From: Acutalibacteraceae bacterium
GTDB lineage: Bacteria; Bacillota; Clostridia; Oscillospirales; Acutalibacteraceae
NCBI GenBank assembly: GCA_045634455.1
Contig: JAZRAI010000005.1
Coordinates: 1,292 to 65,291 of the forward strand
DNA: 64,000 nucleotides
Direction: 5' to 3'
Shown here: positions 46,729 to 57,562 of the stretch, piece after piece
Numbering within the stretch: the stretch's first letter is position 1
Layout of the letters: every line of letters starts with the position of its first letter
Position numbers and translations under genes: made by a program
Notes under the pieces: generated by a model
Told to the model about the DNA's origin: nothing
The model's database searches: none
What the model saw: the letters and a program-made list of their open reading frames with translations, nothing else

Positions 46729-48705
46729 TTAATCTAAAACTATAAAAGGCTTATCCTCAGCCACAGAATTACTTTCTGTAAAGAAATAAGAATCAAGAAT
46801 AGCACGTGCTACACTTACAGTAGAAAAAGTAGAACTACCGTGCTCTAAAACAACCGAAACCGCAATTTCAGGCTTATCAAAAGGAGCAAATGCGATAAAT
46901 ACACTGTGGTCGGCTGCATTATTCACCTGAGACGTACCTGTTTTACCGCCAACCTTTATAGGATAGTTTCCAAGAGCCGCACTACCCGTTCCGTCCACAG
47001 TAACAGAAAGCATTCCTTTTTTAACAGAAGCTATACTACTGTCGCTAAGCTTTATATTGTTTAAAACCTTTACCTCATTTTTGGCATAGGTCTTAGACAT
47101 ATCATAAGAAACAACCTGACCTATAAGTGTTGATTTATACCTTGTTCCGCCGTTTGCAAGCGTACCTACATAAGAGGAAAGCTGAAGCGGAGTAAACGCA
47201 TTAAGCTGACCTATTGAAATCTGCAAGGTATTACCGCTAAATGTGTCTGACGTAGGTTCCAACAAAATACCTGAGGCATCGTCCACTTCTACACCCGTTT
47301 TTACTCCAAATCCAAACGACTTGAAATAATCGGTAAGGGTAATTGCACCTACTCTACGTCCCAAGTCATAGAAAAAGTAGTTACAGCTTTTTGAAAGTGC
47401 AGTAGTTAAATTCATACTGCCGTGATAATGCATACACTGAGGTGTAAAATCATCAAAATAAGTATAATAACGCTTACAGAATATTGTCTCGCCGTCATTA
47501 TAATGGCCATTTTCAAAAGCCGCCAGAGCCACAATAGGCTTTATTGTAGAGCCTATTGGATAAACACCCTGAAAAGCTCTGTTTGTAAGCGGTTTTGCAG
47601 GGTCTTTAAGCAAGCTTTCATATTGCTCGCTCATAGTAGCCGAATCATAAGTTGGGTAATTTGCAGCGCAAAGCACCTGACCCGAATCCACTCTTGTTAC
47701 AACCGCCGCGCCTGCTGTTGCAGTTCCTCCCTCTGACTGAAGCTTTAAAACTGCATCTCTTAAAGCATTTTGCGCAGTTCTTTGCATTACCTTATCCAAG
47801 GTAAGCATTATGGTTTTACCTGCAACAGGTGGTTTTGTTATTTCCTTAGAAATAATATTTCCGTTTACATCAAGCTTGTAGGTTACCTCACCGTCAATAC
47901 CGCGCAGGTATTCCTCTCCCCAAAGCTCTATTCCGCTTTTTCCTACCTTATCATTATATGAATATCCCTTTTGCTTGTATTCCTCCCAGTCCTCCTCATA
48001 AATAGGACCTACCGAACCGATAAGATTTACTGCAAGAGAGGTATCAACATACTCTCTGAAAGGTACCACATCCACCGTTACTCCGTCCAAAACAAAGGAG
48101 GATTCCGAAATTTTAAGCATCAGTTCTGTCGGGATATCCTCAGCTAAAGTAAACGGATAGGAAACTGAAAAATCACGGATAGTCATACTATATCTGACAC
48201 CCATAATTTTCCGTTGCTCGGCTTTAGTAAATTTTTCTAAACCGTACTTTGAAACCATTTCTTTAACACAGTTTTCCGCCGTTGCGAATTTAGCAAGACC
48301 TAAGGTTTTAACAAGTTTTTCCACCTTACCGTCAGGCAAAAATTCATAAGGCTCCGTACGGCTTACAGGAAGTTCATCTGCCCACTCGTGTGAGCTTTCC
48401 TCAAGTAAATTCACAAGGCACAAAATAACCGAGTTGATATTATCCTTTACGTATGCTTTATTAAAAACAATATTATATCCGTCTCTGTTTATCGCAATTT
48501 GTCTGCCGTAGCAATCAAGAATTTCACCTCTCGGAGCTTTAAGCACCGCAGTTAAAACATTGGCCGCACCGCCTGATTTATCGGCATATTTGGAGGCGTT
48601 GGCAATTTGAAGGCTATATATTCTTACTGTGTAAAGCAAAATCGCAAGAACCAGAATTATTGATAAAACCGTCAACTGAGTTTGACTTTTTCTCTTAAAA
48701 GGCAA
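46729..48705 (-). CDS. mrdA: penicillin-binding protein 2 (elongation transpeptidase)
   Basis: N-terminal TM helix, GSTIKP (SxxK), KTGTS. Located after mreBCD. Confidence 0.85.
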   Translation of the reverse strand: MPFKRKSQTQLTVLSIILVLAILLYTVRIYSLQIANASKYADKSGGAANVLTAVLKAPRGEILDCYGRQIAINRDGYNIVFNKAYVKDNINSVILCLVNLLEESSHEWADELPVSRTEPYEFLPDGKVEKLVKTLGLAKFATAENCVKEMVSKYGLEKFTKAEQRKIMGVRYSMTIRDFSVSYPFTLAEDIPTELMLKISESSFVLDGVTVDVVPFREYVDTSLAVNLIGSVGPIYEEDWEEYKQKGYSYNDKVGKSGIELWGEEYLRGIDGEVTYKLDVNGNIISKEITKPPVAGKTIMLTLDKVMQRTAQNALRDAVLKLQSEGGTATAGAAVVTRVDSGQVLCAANYPTYDSATMSEQYESLLKDPAKPLTNRAFQGVYPIGSTIKPIVALAAFENGHYNDGETIFCKRYYTYFDDFTPQCMHYHGSMNLTTALSKSCNYFFYDLGRRVGAITLTDYFKSFGFGVKTGVEVDDASGILLEPTSDTFSGNTLQISIGQLNAFTPLQLSSYVGTLANGGTRYKSTLIGQVVSYDMSKTYAKNEVKVLNNIKLSDSSIASVKKGMLSVTVDGTGSAALGNYPIKVGGKTGTSQVNNAADHSVFIAFAPFDKPEIAVSVVLEHGSSTFSTVSVARAILDSYFFTESNSVAEDKPFIVLD

Positions 48706-48716
48706 GCTTTAACCTC

Positions 48717-49220
48717 CTATTTTTTACTCAGATATCTGAAAAGATAATAAAACGGCAATATAAATAGCGCCGTATAAACCGCAGAAGGAAAGGCATAGCT
48801 TAAAATGTATGTTAAATTTTCCTCTGCTTTAAGGGCGGGCATATAAAAAATCGCCCAATTAAGAATAAAATAAATAACCGCGGTTATAAGCGAAATAACA
48901 AGTGCCGCCCATATATTTTTGTTAAACAAATTGTTAGCCGTAAGGCAAACTATAAGTGCTGTAAGCATTAAGCAAAGCGTATTAAAGCAATACGCACCGG
49001 TAGCTACTGAATCCACGCAAATTCCACATAAAAGCCCAACAAAAAACGACTTTAATGGTGTTGCAAAGACAGAATAAGCTACAATAAGCGGCAAAACCGT
49101 AAATGGTACTGCATTTTTTATGCTAATATCAATAGCCGAACTTAAATGAAGTATAATAACTACAAAAAATATAGCAAATATAACGGCTTTAACTATTATG
49201 GATGACTTGTTTTTAAGCAT
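48717..49220 (-). CDS. mreD: rod shape-determining protein MreD
   Basis: Polytopic 167-aa protein directly after mreC. Confidence 0.75.
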   Translation of the reverse strand: MLKNKSSIIVKAVIFAIFFVVIILHLSSAIDISIKNAVPFTVLPLIVAYSVFATPLKSFFVGLLCGICVDSVATGAYCFNTLCLMLTALIVCLTANNLFNKNIWAALVISLITAVIYFILNWAIFYMPALKAEENLTYILSYAFPSAVYTALFILPFYYLFRYLSKK

Positions 49221-49222
49221 TA

Positions 49223-50083
49223 TCAGTCACCCTCTTTAAGAGCCAAACCGCCCTTACCCTCAAAATCGACAATAATCATAACATCGCGGATTTCATCTAT
49301 ATTTGCAAAAAGTGAAACAGATGCAAATATCGAGGTATTATACTCATCACTGCTTACCGATAATATTTCGCCGATTAAAAGTCCTTTCGGGAAAATGCCC
49401 TCTCCCGAGGTTACAACATAGTCACCGATAGCAATATTACAGGAACGTGCAAGATTATAAAACTTGGTAGAATTATTTTGTGCCATATCGAGAGTTCCTG
49501 AAATAATGCCCGAGTCGTTTGTTCGGCTTGACAAAGCGCCAAGTGTTATATCGGGATTAAGAAGAGTTACCACCTTTGATGTGGTAATTCCCACCTCTGA
49601 AACATAACCTACCAAACCCTCTTTGGTGATTACAGGGTCATATTGCTTTATTCCGTCGGCAGAGCCTTTATTGATTACGAAGCCTTTATAAGGGTCTTTT
49701 TTATCTGCCGAAATTTTAGTTGCAGACGCAAACTTGAAATCAGGATTATTTTCCTTTATTTCAAGAAAGTCCTTATAATGCTCGTTTTCTCTCACCTTTT
49801 CCTCATAATCAACCAACTGCTCACGCAGTTTATTGATTTGTGATTCAAGCTCGGCATTCTCTATCATTGCTTTTTCGCCGTCGGTATAAACGTCGGCAAA
49901 ATCAGAAATAGCGTTTGATATTTTTGTGGTAGCCGCTTTGAAAGGTGCGGTAATAGTACCTATTATATCTGCCTGCGGGGAAATTCTGCTACCTAAAATA
50001 ATACAAAAAACAGATATTGCAATTACTGTAAGCGTTACTGCAAGTATTATTTTAAACTGCTTTGATGCGAAGAAAAAACGCAT
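49223..50083 (-). CDS. mreC: rod shape-determining protein MreC
   Basis: N-terminal TM helix, coiled-coil ELESQINKLREQL, beta-rich C-terminus GLVGYVSEV. Confidence 0.85.
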   Translation of the reverse strand: MRFFFASKQFKIILAVTLTVIAISVFCIILGSRISPQADIIGTITAPFKAATTKISNAISDFADVYTDGEKAMIENAELESQINKLREQLVDYEEKVRENEHYKDFLEIKENNPDFKFASATKISADKKDPYKGFVINKGSADGIKQYDPVITKEGLVGYVSEVGITTSKVVTLLNPDITLGALSSRTNDSGIISGTLDMAQNNSTKFYNLARSCNIAIGDYVVTSGEGIFPKGLLIGEILSVSSDEYNTSIFASVSLFANIDEIRDVMIIVDFEGKGGLALKEGD

Positions 50084-50105
50084 TTTAATCCTCCGTTAAT
50101 TTAAG

Positions 50106-51125
50106 TTATCTGAAACGCTTTCCTCTGCGGAAAACATAATTATTAAAGCCACTGTCTCCCTCAAGACGCTTAGCAGTACCTAAAACCACACAGTCAAGTG
50201 GATTTGCAGCAATAGTAACCGGCATACCGGTTTCCTCGGCAATAAGCTCGGCAAGACCGCGAAGCAGCGCTCCTCCGCCCGTAAGTGTGATACCTCTGTC
50301 CATAATATCCGCCGAAAGCTCAGGCGGTGTTTTTTCAAGTGTCAGGCGTATAGTGTCTATAATCTGAGAAATAGGGTCAGTCATAGCGGTGCGCACTTCC
50401 TCAGCGGTAATCACTACCGTTTTAGGTAATCCGTCTACTTGGTTTCTACCCTTTACCTCAATATCGGTTTCGTTTTCATACGGCTTTGCAGAGCCAATTT
50501 CAATCTTTATCTGCTCGGCAGTGCGTTCACCTATAAGCAAATTGTGCTTGCGCCTTACATAAGCGATAATAGCCTCATCTAAATCGTCACCCGCTACACG
50601 GATAGACTGTGCGGTTACAATATCTCCAAGGGATATAACGGCAACCTCGCTCGTGCCACCGCCTATATCAACTACCATATTTCCGGCAGCGTCCCAAACG
50701 GGAAGTCCTGCACCAACGGCAGCTGCCATGGGTTCCTCAACCAAATCTATATCGGAAGCTCCTGCCTGCTTTGCAGCATCATAAACCGCACGGCTTTCAA
50801 CCTCTGTAACGCCTGACGGAATACATATAACCATTCTTACTCTTGAAAAGAAGGAGCCTTTAAGCGCCTGACGCACGAATCTTTTAAGCATTGCCGCAGT
50901 TACATCAAAGTCGGCAATAACGCCGTCCTTCAAAGGACGTACTGCTACTATTGAGCCGGGGGTTCTGCCTATCATTTCCTTTGCTTCTGTTCCTACCGCA
51001 CGTACAGCATCATTTCGTGTATCGTATGCCACAACCGAGGGTTCTCGCATAATAATTCCCTTACCCTTTAAACACATAAGTGTATTTGCGGTGCCAAGGT
51101 CAAGTCCTATATCTCTTGTAAACAT
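50106..51125 (-). CDS. mreB: rod shape-determining protein MreB
   Basis: [33 protein letters not shown]. Confidence 0.95.
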   Translation of the reverse strand: MFTRDIGLDLGTANTLMCLKGKGIIMREPSVVAYDTRNDAVRAVGTEAKEMIGRTPGSIVAVRPLKDGVIADFDVTAAMLKRFVRQALKGSFFSRVRMVICIPSGVTEVESRAVYDAAKQAGASDIDLVEEPMAAAVGAGLPVWDAAGNMVVDIGGGTSEVAVISLGDIVTAQSIRVAGDDLDEAIIAYVRRKHNLLIGERTAEQIKIEIGSAKPYENETDIEVKGRNQVDGLPKTVVITAEEVRTAMTDPISQIIDTIRLTLEKTPPELSADIMDRGITLTGGGALLRGLAELIAEETGMPVTIAANPLDCVVLGTAKRLEGDSGFNNYVFRRGKRFR

Positions 51126-52042
51126 TATTTGTCTCCTCTTCTCTCTTTATCGGGAACAATAAACTTTATAGCATCGTGAATGTTTTCTATTACTAATTTA
51201 TCGCTTCCTATTGCGTGCTCGCCGTCAAGCGTCCAATCAAGACCGTCGCATCCTTCGATAACAACCTTTTTTGTATGCAAGAACTCGATACCCTCGCGGT
51301 CAAACTCGCGTTTTAAAATGCCGTCTATTGCAGGCTGAAGTTTTAAAATATTATCGGGATTTTTAATAAGTATAATTTCAAAAAGTCCGTCGTTAAGCTT
51401 TACCTTGTTTTCATCGTATTTAACAATTCCGCCAACCGACATTGAATTTGAAACCGCACCGAAAAGAAAATCACCCTCAACCGTCTTTTCATCTGCTATA
51501 AGCTTAATATGAATAGGCTTAATAGTGCCAATGCTCTTTACACCCTCTAAAATATAGGCAGACTGACCTAATATGTTTTTAACATTCTGAGGTGTTGTAT
51601 AAGAAGCAGATGTAAAAGCGCCAAACGAAGCTGTATAGGAAAAATACTTATCGCCGAATTTACCTATATCAAGAGTTATTTCCTTGCCGTTTACAATATC
51701 CTCTGCCGCTTTTTTGATATTTCGCGAAATACCGAGTCCTTGTGACCACTCGTTTAACGTGCCGGACGGAATATATCCGATAGGTACATTTACACCTGTC
51801 TGCATAATACCGGTGATAACCTCATTAAGAGTTCCGTCACCACCCGAAACCACAACAATATCATATTCATCCTGCTTTATATTAAGCGCTCTTGTAGTAC
51901 CGTCTGCCCTTTGCTTTGTGGGATAAACAGTAACATCAAAACCGTTATTCGAAAAAATTTCTACCACACTCATAAGCTCGGTTTTCATTCGTGCCTTACC
52001 TGAATTGGGGTTTACTATCAAAAGAAGCTTTTTAGTTTCCAA
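51125..52042 (-). CDS. diacylglycerol kinase-family lipid kinase (YegS/BmrU-like)
   Basis: [10 protein letters not shown] and [12 protein letters not shown] start after AAAGGAAG. Confidence 0.8.
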   Translation of the reverse strand: METKKLLLIVNPNSGKARMKTELMSVVEIFSNNGFDVTVYPTKQRADGTTRALNIKQDEYDIVVVSGGDGTLNEVITGIMQTGVNVPIGYIPSGTLNEWSQGLGISRNIKKAAEDIVNGKEITLDIGKFGDKYFSYTASFGAFTSASYTTPQNVKNILGQSAYILEGVKSIGTIKPIHIKLIADEKTVEGDFLFGAVSNSMSVGGIVKYDENKVKLNDGLFEIILIKNPDNILKLQPAIDGILKREFDREGIEFLHTKKVVIEGCDGLDWTLDGEHAIGSDKLVIENIHDAIKFIVPDKERRGDK

Positions 52043-52064
52043 GTGTATCTTCCTTTCGTGAAAT

Positions 52065-53072
52065 TTATCTGTAATTTATAGGTAAAGTGGCAGTCGCGTT
52101 AAGTTCCTGCCCTGCGGTATTACCGCTTTCAAACTCGTATATTGCTTGTGCGCCTACCATTGCGGCATTATCACCACAATATTTAAGCGGAGGATAAAAA
52201 AGCTCGTATCCGCGTTTTTCACATTCCTCTGTAACTCTTTTTCTAAGCTCGCTGTTTGCAGAAACACCGCCCGCAATAGCTATTTTTTTATAGCCTTTGT
52301 TTTCTGCCGCCAAGAAAAGCTTATCGATAAGCATATCGCAAACTCTCTCGCGTACTGTGGCACAAAGTACGGGAATATCAATTTCCTCGTTCTTTTGTTT
52401 TGCATTATGTATTGTGTTAATAACAGCAGTTTTAAGTCCCGAAAAGCTAAAATCGTATTCTCCGCCGCCTGATTTAGGATAAGGCAGGGGGTATTTATTA
52501 AAATCGGAAACTGTTGCAATTTTATCAAGTGTTACACCGCCCGGATATTCAAGTCCCATACATCGGGCTGTTTTGTCAAAGCACTCGCCTGCCGCATCAT
52601 CCAAGGTGCCACCCAATATTTTAAAGCTTGTATAATCGGTAACCTCTGCTATAACTGTATTACCGCCTGAAACCAAAAGGCACAAAAACGGTGGCTTTAA
52701 ATCCTTATGCTCCAAATAATTTGCTGCAATATGGCTTCTTAAATGATGAACAGGAATAAGCGGTACACCCAGTGACATTGCAAGCCCCTTTGCAAAGTTT
52801 ACACCCACCAAAAGTGCACCGATAAGACCGGGCGCAAAGGTAACAGCTATCGCTTCGATGTCACTAAAAGTAAGTTCTGCCTGCTTTAATGCTTCATCAC
52901 AAACAGCAGAAATTGCCTCAGTGTGTCTGCGGGAAGCAATTTCGGGCACTACACCGCCGTAAATTCTATGCTCAGCAATTTGCGTTGCCACTACATTTGA
53001 TAATACCTCTCTGCCCTCGACTATTGCAACCGAGGTTTCATCGCAAGAGGATTCTATTGCTAAAATTTTCAT
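52065..53072 (-). CDS. tsaD: tRNA N6-adenosine threonylcarbamoyltransferase
   Basis: ILAIESSCDETSVA, VHHLRSHI, LVSGGNT, AGGVSAN. Confidence 0.9.
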   Translation of the reverse strand: MKILAIESSCDETSVAIVEGREVLSNVVATQIAEHRIYGGVVPEIASRRHTEAISAVCDEALKQAELTFSDIEAIAVTFAPGLIGALLVGVNFAKGLAMSLGVPLIPVHHLRSHIAANYLEHKDLKPPFLCLLVSGGNTVIAEVTDYTSFKILGGTLDDAAGECFDKTARCMGLEYPGGVTLDKIATVSDFNKYPLPYPKSGGGEYDFSFSGLKTAVINTIHNAKQKNEEIDIPVLCATVRERVCDMLIDKLFLAAENKGYKKIAIAGGVSANSELRKRVTEECEKRGYELFYPPLKYCGDNAAMVGAQAIYEFESGNTAGQELNATATLPINYR

Positions 53073-53076
53073 TCTT

Positions 53077-53901
53077 TCAGAACCTTTTTGTCATAATAAG
53101 TGCATTTTCCGAAGGGTCAGTATAAAAATTTTTGCGCAACCCCTCAGTTTCAAATCCCATTTTTTCGTAAAGATGTATAGCCGATAAATTAGACTCTCTA
53201 ACCTCTAAGGATATAAAGCTTAAAGAAAGTTCATCCTTTAAAGAAAAGACCTTGTTTAAAAGTGCCGTTCCTACACCCATACATCTGAACTCAGGAAAGA
53301 CGGCAACATTTGTAATGTATCCCTCGTCTACTACACAACTAATACCGATATAGCCCAAAACTGTATCGCCTTTTTGAGCTACAAAAAATTTTGTGCCGTG
53401 AGAAAACGCATCTAAAAGTGCATCCTCGCTCCAAGGAGTGCTGAAAACTACCTTTTCAAGCTTTGCTATCTGCTTTAAATGCTTATGCTCTACGGGAACT
53501 ACCGAAAAAGTTGGAAATAAGCTATCTATTTCAGCGATAATACTGTCTCGGCAAATTTTATATTCATCCAAATCCCCGCCAAACGGGTCGGGTATTCCGT
53601 TACCGAGCAAATATGTTTTATCGGGGGCAATGGGTAAAATTGCCATTTTATGGGCTTCGCTCATACAGTAAATCTTATCTGCCCACAAAACATCCTCTTT
53701 TGATATAGGCTTTGATATATGCTCTGACATATCAATACCAATTTCTTTTAAAGCCTTTAAAGAATTGTCACTTATTTTTTGAAAGCCGACAGACAATCCT
53801 CTGCTTCGGACATTCACTCCGTCAATTTTAAGAGAATTCAAATATCCCTCAGCCATAGGGCTTCGGCAGGTATTTCCCATACACACAAAAAGTATATTCA
53901 T
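53077..53901 (-). CDS. rimI: fusion protein: low-molecular-weight phosphatase domain + RimI-type GNAT acetyltransferase
   Basis: N-terminal ILFVCMGNTCRSPMAEG (CX5R-S) and DPFGG. C-terminal FPEFRCMGVGTALL GNAT core. The ATG at 53901 overlaps the polA stop (TAATG). Confidence 0.75.
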   Translation of the reverse strand: MNILFVCMGNTCRSPMAEGYLNSLKIDGVNVRSRGLSVGFQKISDNSLKALKEIGIDMSEHISKPISKEDVLWADKIYCMSEAHKMAILPIAPDKTYLLGNGIPDPFGGDLDEYKICRDSIIAEIDSLFPTFSVVPVEHKHLKQIAKLEKVVFSTPWSEDALLDAFSHGTKFFVAQKGDTVLGYIGISCVVDEGYITNVAVFPEFRCMGVGTALLNKVFSLKDELSLSFISLEVRESNLSAIHLYEKMGFETEGLRKNFYTDPSENALIMTKRF

Positions 53902-56426
53902 TATCCCTTTGCCTCTAACCAAGTTTTTCCGTAAGAAGCTTCGGCAACAAGCGTTACTGAAAGCTTCACGGCATTTTCCATTTCCTCTGATAAAAGTTTT
54001 GAAACCGCTTTGGCATCATTTTGGTCACATTCTACTATCAGCTCGTCGTGTACCTGTAAAATAAGCTTAGCGGTAGGAATTTCTAACGCCAATCGGTTAT
54101 AAACCTTAATCATAGCAAGCTTGATAATATCTGCCGCAGTACCTTGAATTGGAGCATTTCTTGCCACCCTTTCACCAAAGGCACGCATCATTCCGTTAGA
54201 ACTTGCAAGCTCGGGCAAATATCTGCGTCTGCCAAAGTAGGTTGTTACAAAACCATCAAGCTTTGCTTTTTTAATGGTATTCTCCATATAATCGGCAACA
54301 GACGGATATGTGGCTAAATAGTTTTTAATATAGCTATCCGCTTCCGAACGTGTAACACCGATATCCTTAGAAAGCGAAAAAGCGCCTATTCCGTAAACTA
54401 TTCCAAAATTCACCGCTTTTGCACGGCTTCGCATAACGGGAGTTACCATATCTATCGGCATTTGGAATACCTGTGAAGCGGTAACGGTATGAATATCTAT
54501 CCCCGAACAAAAGGCATCTATCATATTTTTATCATTAGCAATGCTTGCAAGCACTCGAAGTTCTATCTGTGAATAGTCGGCATCACAAAGCACACGGCCT
54601 TCACCTGCTACAAAAAACTCACGCAGGCGTCTGCCCTCGGCAGTTCTTACGGGAATATTCTGCAAATTAGGTTCAAGAGAGCTTATTCTGCCCGTTCGTG
54701 CTTCTGTTTGATTAAATGTGGTATGAATTCTGCCATCCTCTGCTATTGCAGATTGCAGACCCTCAGTATAGGTTGATTTTAACTTTGCAAGCTGTCTGTA
54801 CTCGAGCAAAAGATTAATGGCGGGATGCTTATCACGAAGCTCCTCCAAAACCTCTGCACTTGTACTGTATCCGCTTTTTGTTTTTTTCTTGGCAGGAAGT
54901 CCCAAATCCTCGAAAAGGGCAACACCTAACTGCTTAGGTGAATTAAGATTAAATTCATATCCGACAAGCTCGTAAAGCTTGCTTTGTAGCTCGGATATTC
55001 GTTCACCAAGCTGTGCCGACATTTTGGAAAGACCTTCTTTATCAACTAAAAAGCCGACAAGCTCCATATCGCCAAGTACCCTTGCAAGTGGTAATTCTAT
55101 GGTATAAAAAAGCTCTGCCTGATTTGTTTTTTGAAGCTCATTTATAAGATTATCGCAAGCAACTGAAAAATTCGCAACCGTTTTTATCAGTTCACTATCG
55201 CTACCCTTTATTTCCACATTAGCACCATATTCTGCTATCAAACGTTCAAGCTCATATGATGAGGACGGGTTACAGATATAACCTGCAAGCGTAGCATCAA
55301 AAACAATGTTTTTAATATTTTGATTATCCTTGTAAAGATTTTTATAGTCGTAAACCCTTTTGGCTATGTTTTCATTTTCAAGAATTGCCTTTAATTCGCC
55401 GTCGCTTACAAAAAAGACCATATCCTTTGCAGATGCAACATTCTGATTATCGATAGTAAGCAAAGTAATTTCTTTTAAATTCTCAGGTAGTTTATCGCAA
55501 AAAGTAAAACAATTATCGTTGCCTTCATCAAGACAAATTCCCATTTGAGTATGCTCTGCCTCAATGCCCATTTTCTCCATAAGCTTAAAAAATTCAAGCC
55601 TTGTCATAAGACGGGCAAGCTCTTTTTTATCGCCTTCGGAAATCAAATAACTCTGAGCATTGGTATCTATGGGGGCCGACTTACAAATAGTACCGAGAGT
55701 TCTGCTTAAAAACGCACTTTCTTTATCAGTTTTAAGCTTATTACGAACACCCTCTTTAATATCAAGGGTATCGATATTTTCATAAATGTAATCAATACTA
55801 TGATACTTTGTAATAAGCTCGGTGGCGGTTTTTTCACCAACTCCCGCAACACCGGGTATATTGTCAGAGGAATCGCCCATAAGACTTTTAAGCTCTATCA
55901 TTTCGTCGGGTGTAAGACCGTATTTCTCAAAAAGTGCGTCCTTTGTGTAATTAATAACCTCAGTCTTACCCATTCTTGTGGCTGCCAAAAGCACTCGTGT
56001 TTTATCGGAAATAAGCTGTAAAGAATCTCTGTCACCCGTAGAGATAACACACTCGTCCCCGCTTTGCTCGCAAGCATAAGCTAATGTACCGAGAATATCG
56101 TCTGCCTCGTAACCCTCACACTCAATACAGGAATATCCCGCAAACGTAAGCCATTCTTTTAAAATTGGCATCTGAGAATGAAGTTCCTCAGGCATACCCT
56201 TTCTGCCGGCTTTATATTCCGCATACATTTTATGGCGGAAAGTAGGAGCTTTAAGGTCAAAAGCAACTGCGACTGCGTCGGGACTTTCCATCGCAATCAA
56301 TTTATTAAGAATATTTATAAATCCGTAAACCGCATTTGTATATTGCCCATCCTTAGTGGTAAGCAGTTTTATACCGTAAAAAGCACGATTTATAATACTG
56401 TTACCGTCTATCGCCAAAAGCTTCAA
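53901..56426 (-). CDS. polA: DNA polymerase I
   Basis: 5' nuclease N-terminus LLAIDGNSIINRAFYG, and polymerase motifs DYSQIELRVLA, RSRAKAVNFGIVYG, QVHDELI. Confidence 0.95.
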   Translation of the reverse strand: MKLLAIDGNSIINRAFYGIKLLTTKDGQYTNAVYGFINILNKLIAMESPDAVAVAFDLKAPTFRHKMYAEYKAGRKGMPEELHSQMPILKEWLTFAGYSCIECEGYEADDILGTLAYACEQSGDECVISTGDRDSLQLISDKTRVLLAATRMGKTEVINYTKDALFEKYGLTPDEMIELKSLMGDSSDNIPGVAGVGEKTATELITKYHSIDYIYENIDTLDIKEGVRNKLKTDKESAFLSRTLGTICKSAPIDTNAQSYLISEGDKKELARLMTRLEFFKLMEKMGIEAEHTQMGICLDEGNDNCFTFCDKLPENLKEITLLTIDNQNVASAKDMVFFVSDGELKAILENENIAKRVYDYKNLYKDNQNIKNIVFDATLAGYICNPSSSYELERLIAEYGANVEIKGSDSELIKTVANFSVACDNLINELQKTNQAELFYTIELPLARVLGDMELVGFLVDKEGLSKMSAQLGERISELQSKLYELVGYEFNLNSPKQLGVALFEDLGLPAKKKTKSGYSTSAEVLEELRDKHPAINLLLEYRQLAKLKSTYTEGLQSAIAEDGRIHTTFNQTEARTGRISSLEPNLQNIPVRTAEGRRLREFFVAGEGRVLCDADYSQIELRVLASIANDKNMIDAFCSGIDIHTVTASQVFQMPIDMVTPVMRSRAKAVNFGIVYGIGAFSLSKDIGVTRSEADSYIKNYLATYPSVADYMENTIKKAKLDGFVTTYFGRRRYLPELASSNGMMRAFGERVARNAPIQGTAADIIKLAMIKVYNRLALEIPTAKLILQVHDELIVECDQNDAKAVSKLLSEEMENAVKLSVTLVAEASYGKTWLEAKG

Positions 56427-56621
56427 GCCCTAATCCCCCCATAATAATAAATATTTAATATATTATAACACATTAATATTATTATGTCATCTTTTTTTTG
56501 CAAAAATTTGAGGTATTTTAACCATTTGTTTTAAATTTCTTCACTATTTCAAAAAACGCACATAATATGGTATTGAAGTTACCCGTTATTTTGACTTCAA
56601 TTACATTTAGGAGGCTTATTT

Positions 56622-57434
56622 ATGTCAGAACTCAAAAACGGAGCTAACCAAAGCTCTGAATTTAAGGAAGCGGTCTGTATTGACGGCGGCAGAGTGTATG
56701 ACTCCTGCTGCGATAAGGATTGCCTTGAGGATTTAAGATGTTTCTTTTTGCCCGATGCACAGGAGGTTATAAACTGCGCCGCAAGTGTACGCTTGCGCTC
56801 TGCAGAAGTACTTAACGCTTTTATTGATGTACGCCCTGTAAACTTTAACAAAGGCTTTTATTCTTGCGACATCACCTTCTATTTTCTTTTGGGCTTCGAT
56901 GTTTTCACATCTCACAATGCTTGCCCCACCGCTGTAAACGGAATTACAAGTTACAGCAAAAAAGCCATTCTCTACGGCAGTGACGGAAATGTAAAGGTAT
57001 TCTCAAACACGCTCAATACCGATTGCACCGCACAAAGCATTACAAACGGAACTACAAATTCGCCAAAATGTGTAGTTCAGGCAGTTGACCCTATTCCTCT
57101 TGGAGCAAAGCTTTGCGAGGTTAGAGACTGCTATGAAAACATCTGTTGCCTACCTCAGTGCATCTGCGATATTTTAGGTGGAAATGTTGTAACCGATTTA
57201 CCCCAAGGCACTCCGACTGTATTCGTATCGCTCGGTCTTTTCACCATAATTCAGCTAATTAGAAACGTGCAAATGCTAATTCCTGTTTATGATTTTTGCA
57301 TACCCGAAAAAACTTGCAATGATGCTGTAACTACCGACCAGCCCTGCGACGCTTTCAAGAAAATTAAATTCCCCACAGCCGATTTCTTTCCTCCGAGACC
57401 TGATAACATAGACTGCGGTTGCGGTTGTAATTAA
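56622..57434 (+). CDS. cysteine-rich hypothetical protein (about 22 Cys, no signal peptide)
   Basis: AGGAGG RBS and its own terminator. Cys clusters DSCCDKDCLEDLRC, ENICCLPQCIC and C-terminal DCGCGCN. Confidence 0.65.
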   Translation: MSELKNGANQSSEFKEAVCIDGGRVYDSCCDKDCLEDLRCFFLPDAQEVINCAASVRLRSAEVLNAFIDVRPVNFNKGFYSCDITFYFLLGFDVFTSHNACPTAVNGITSYSKKAILYGSDGNVKVFSNTLNTDCTAQSITNGTTNSPKCVVQAVDPIPLGAKLCEVRDCYENICCLPQCICDILGGNVVTDLPQGTPTVFVSLGLFTIIQLIRNVQMLIPVYDFCIPEKTCNDAVTTDQPCDAFKKIKFPTADFFPPRPDNIDCGCGCN

Positions 57435-57438
57435 AAAT

Positions 57439-57471
57439 AAACATAAGGCGGCAAAATGCCGCCTTATGTTT
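57439..57471 (+). terminator. intrinsic terminator
   Basis: aaacataaggcggca aaa tgccgccttatgttt. Confidence 0.8.
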
Positions 57472-57562
57472 AAATAATGACTTAAAGCAAAAAATTTTAA
57501 TTCGGAAAGCCAATCCTCGAAACAGCTCTTTTCTGTGAACTGTAATCCGTAATTTTAACTCC

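Noticed and set aside
52146-52528. Overlapping ORFs on both strands within tsaD
   Set aside because: tsaD is motif-supported over its full length. These are frame shadows.
56540-56600. Possible SigK/SigE-type sporulation promoter (gcacataatat) upstream of the Cys-rich gene
   Set aside because: It only partially matches the CATA---TA -10 consensus, which is too weak to call by eye. It is mentioned only as something to test.
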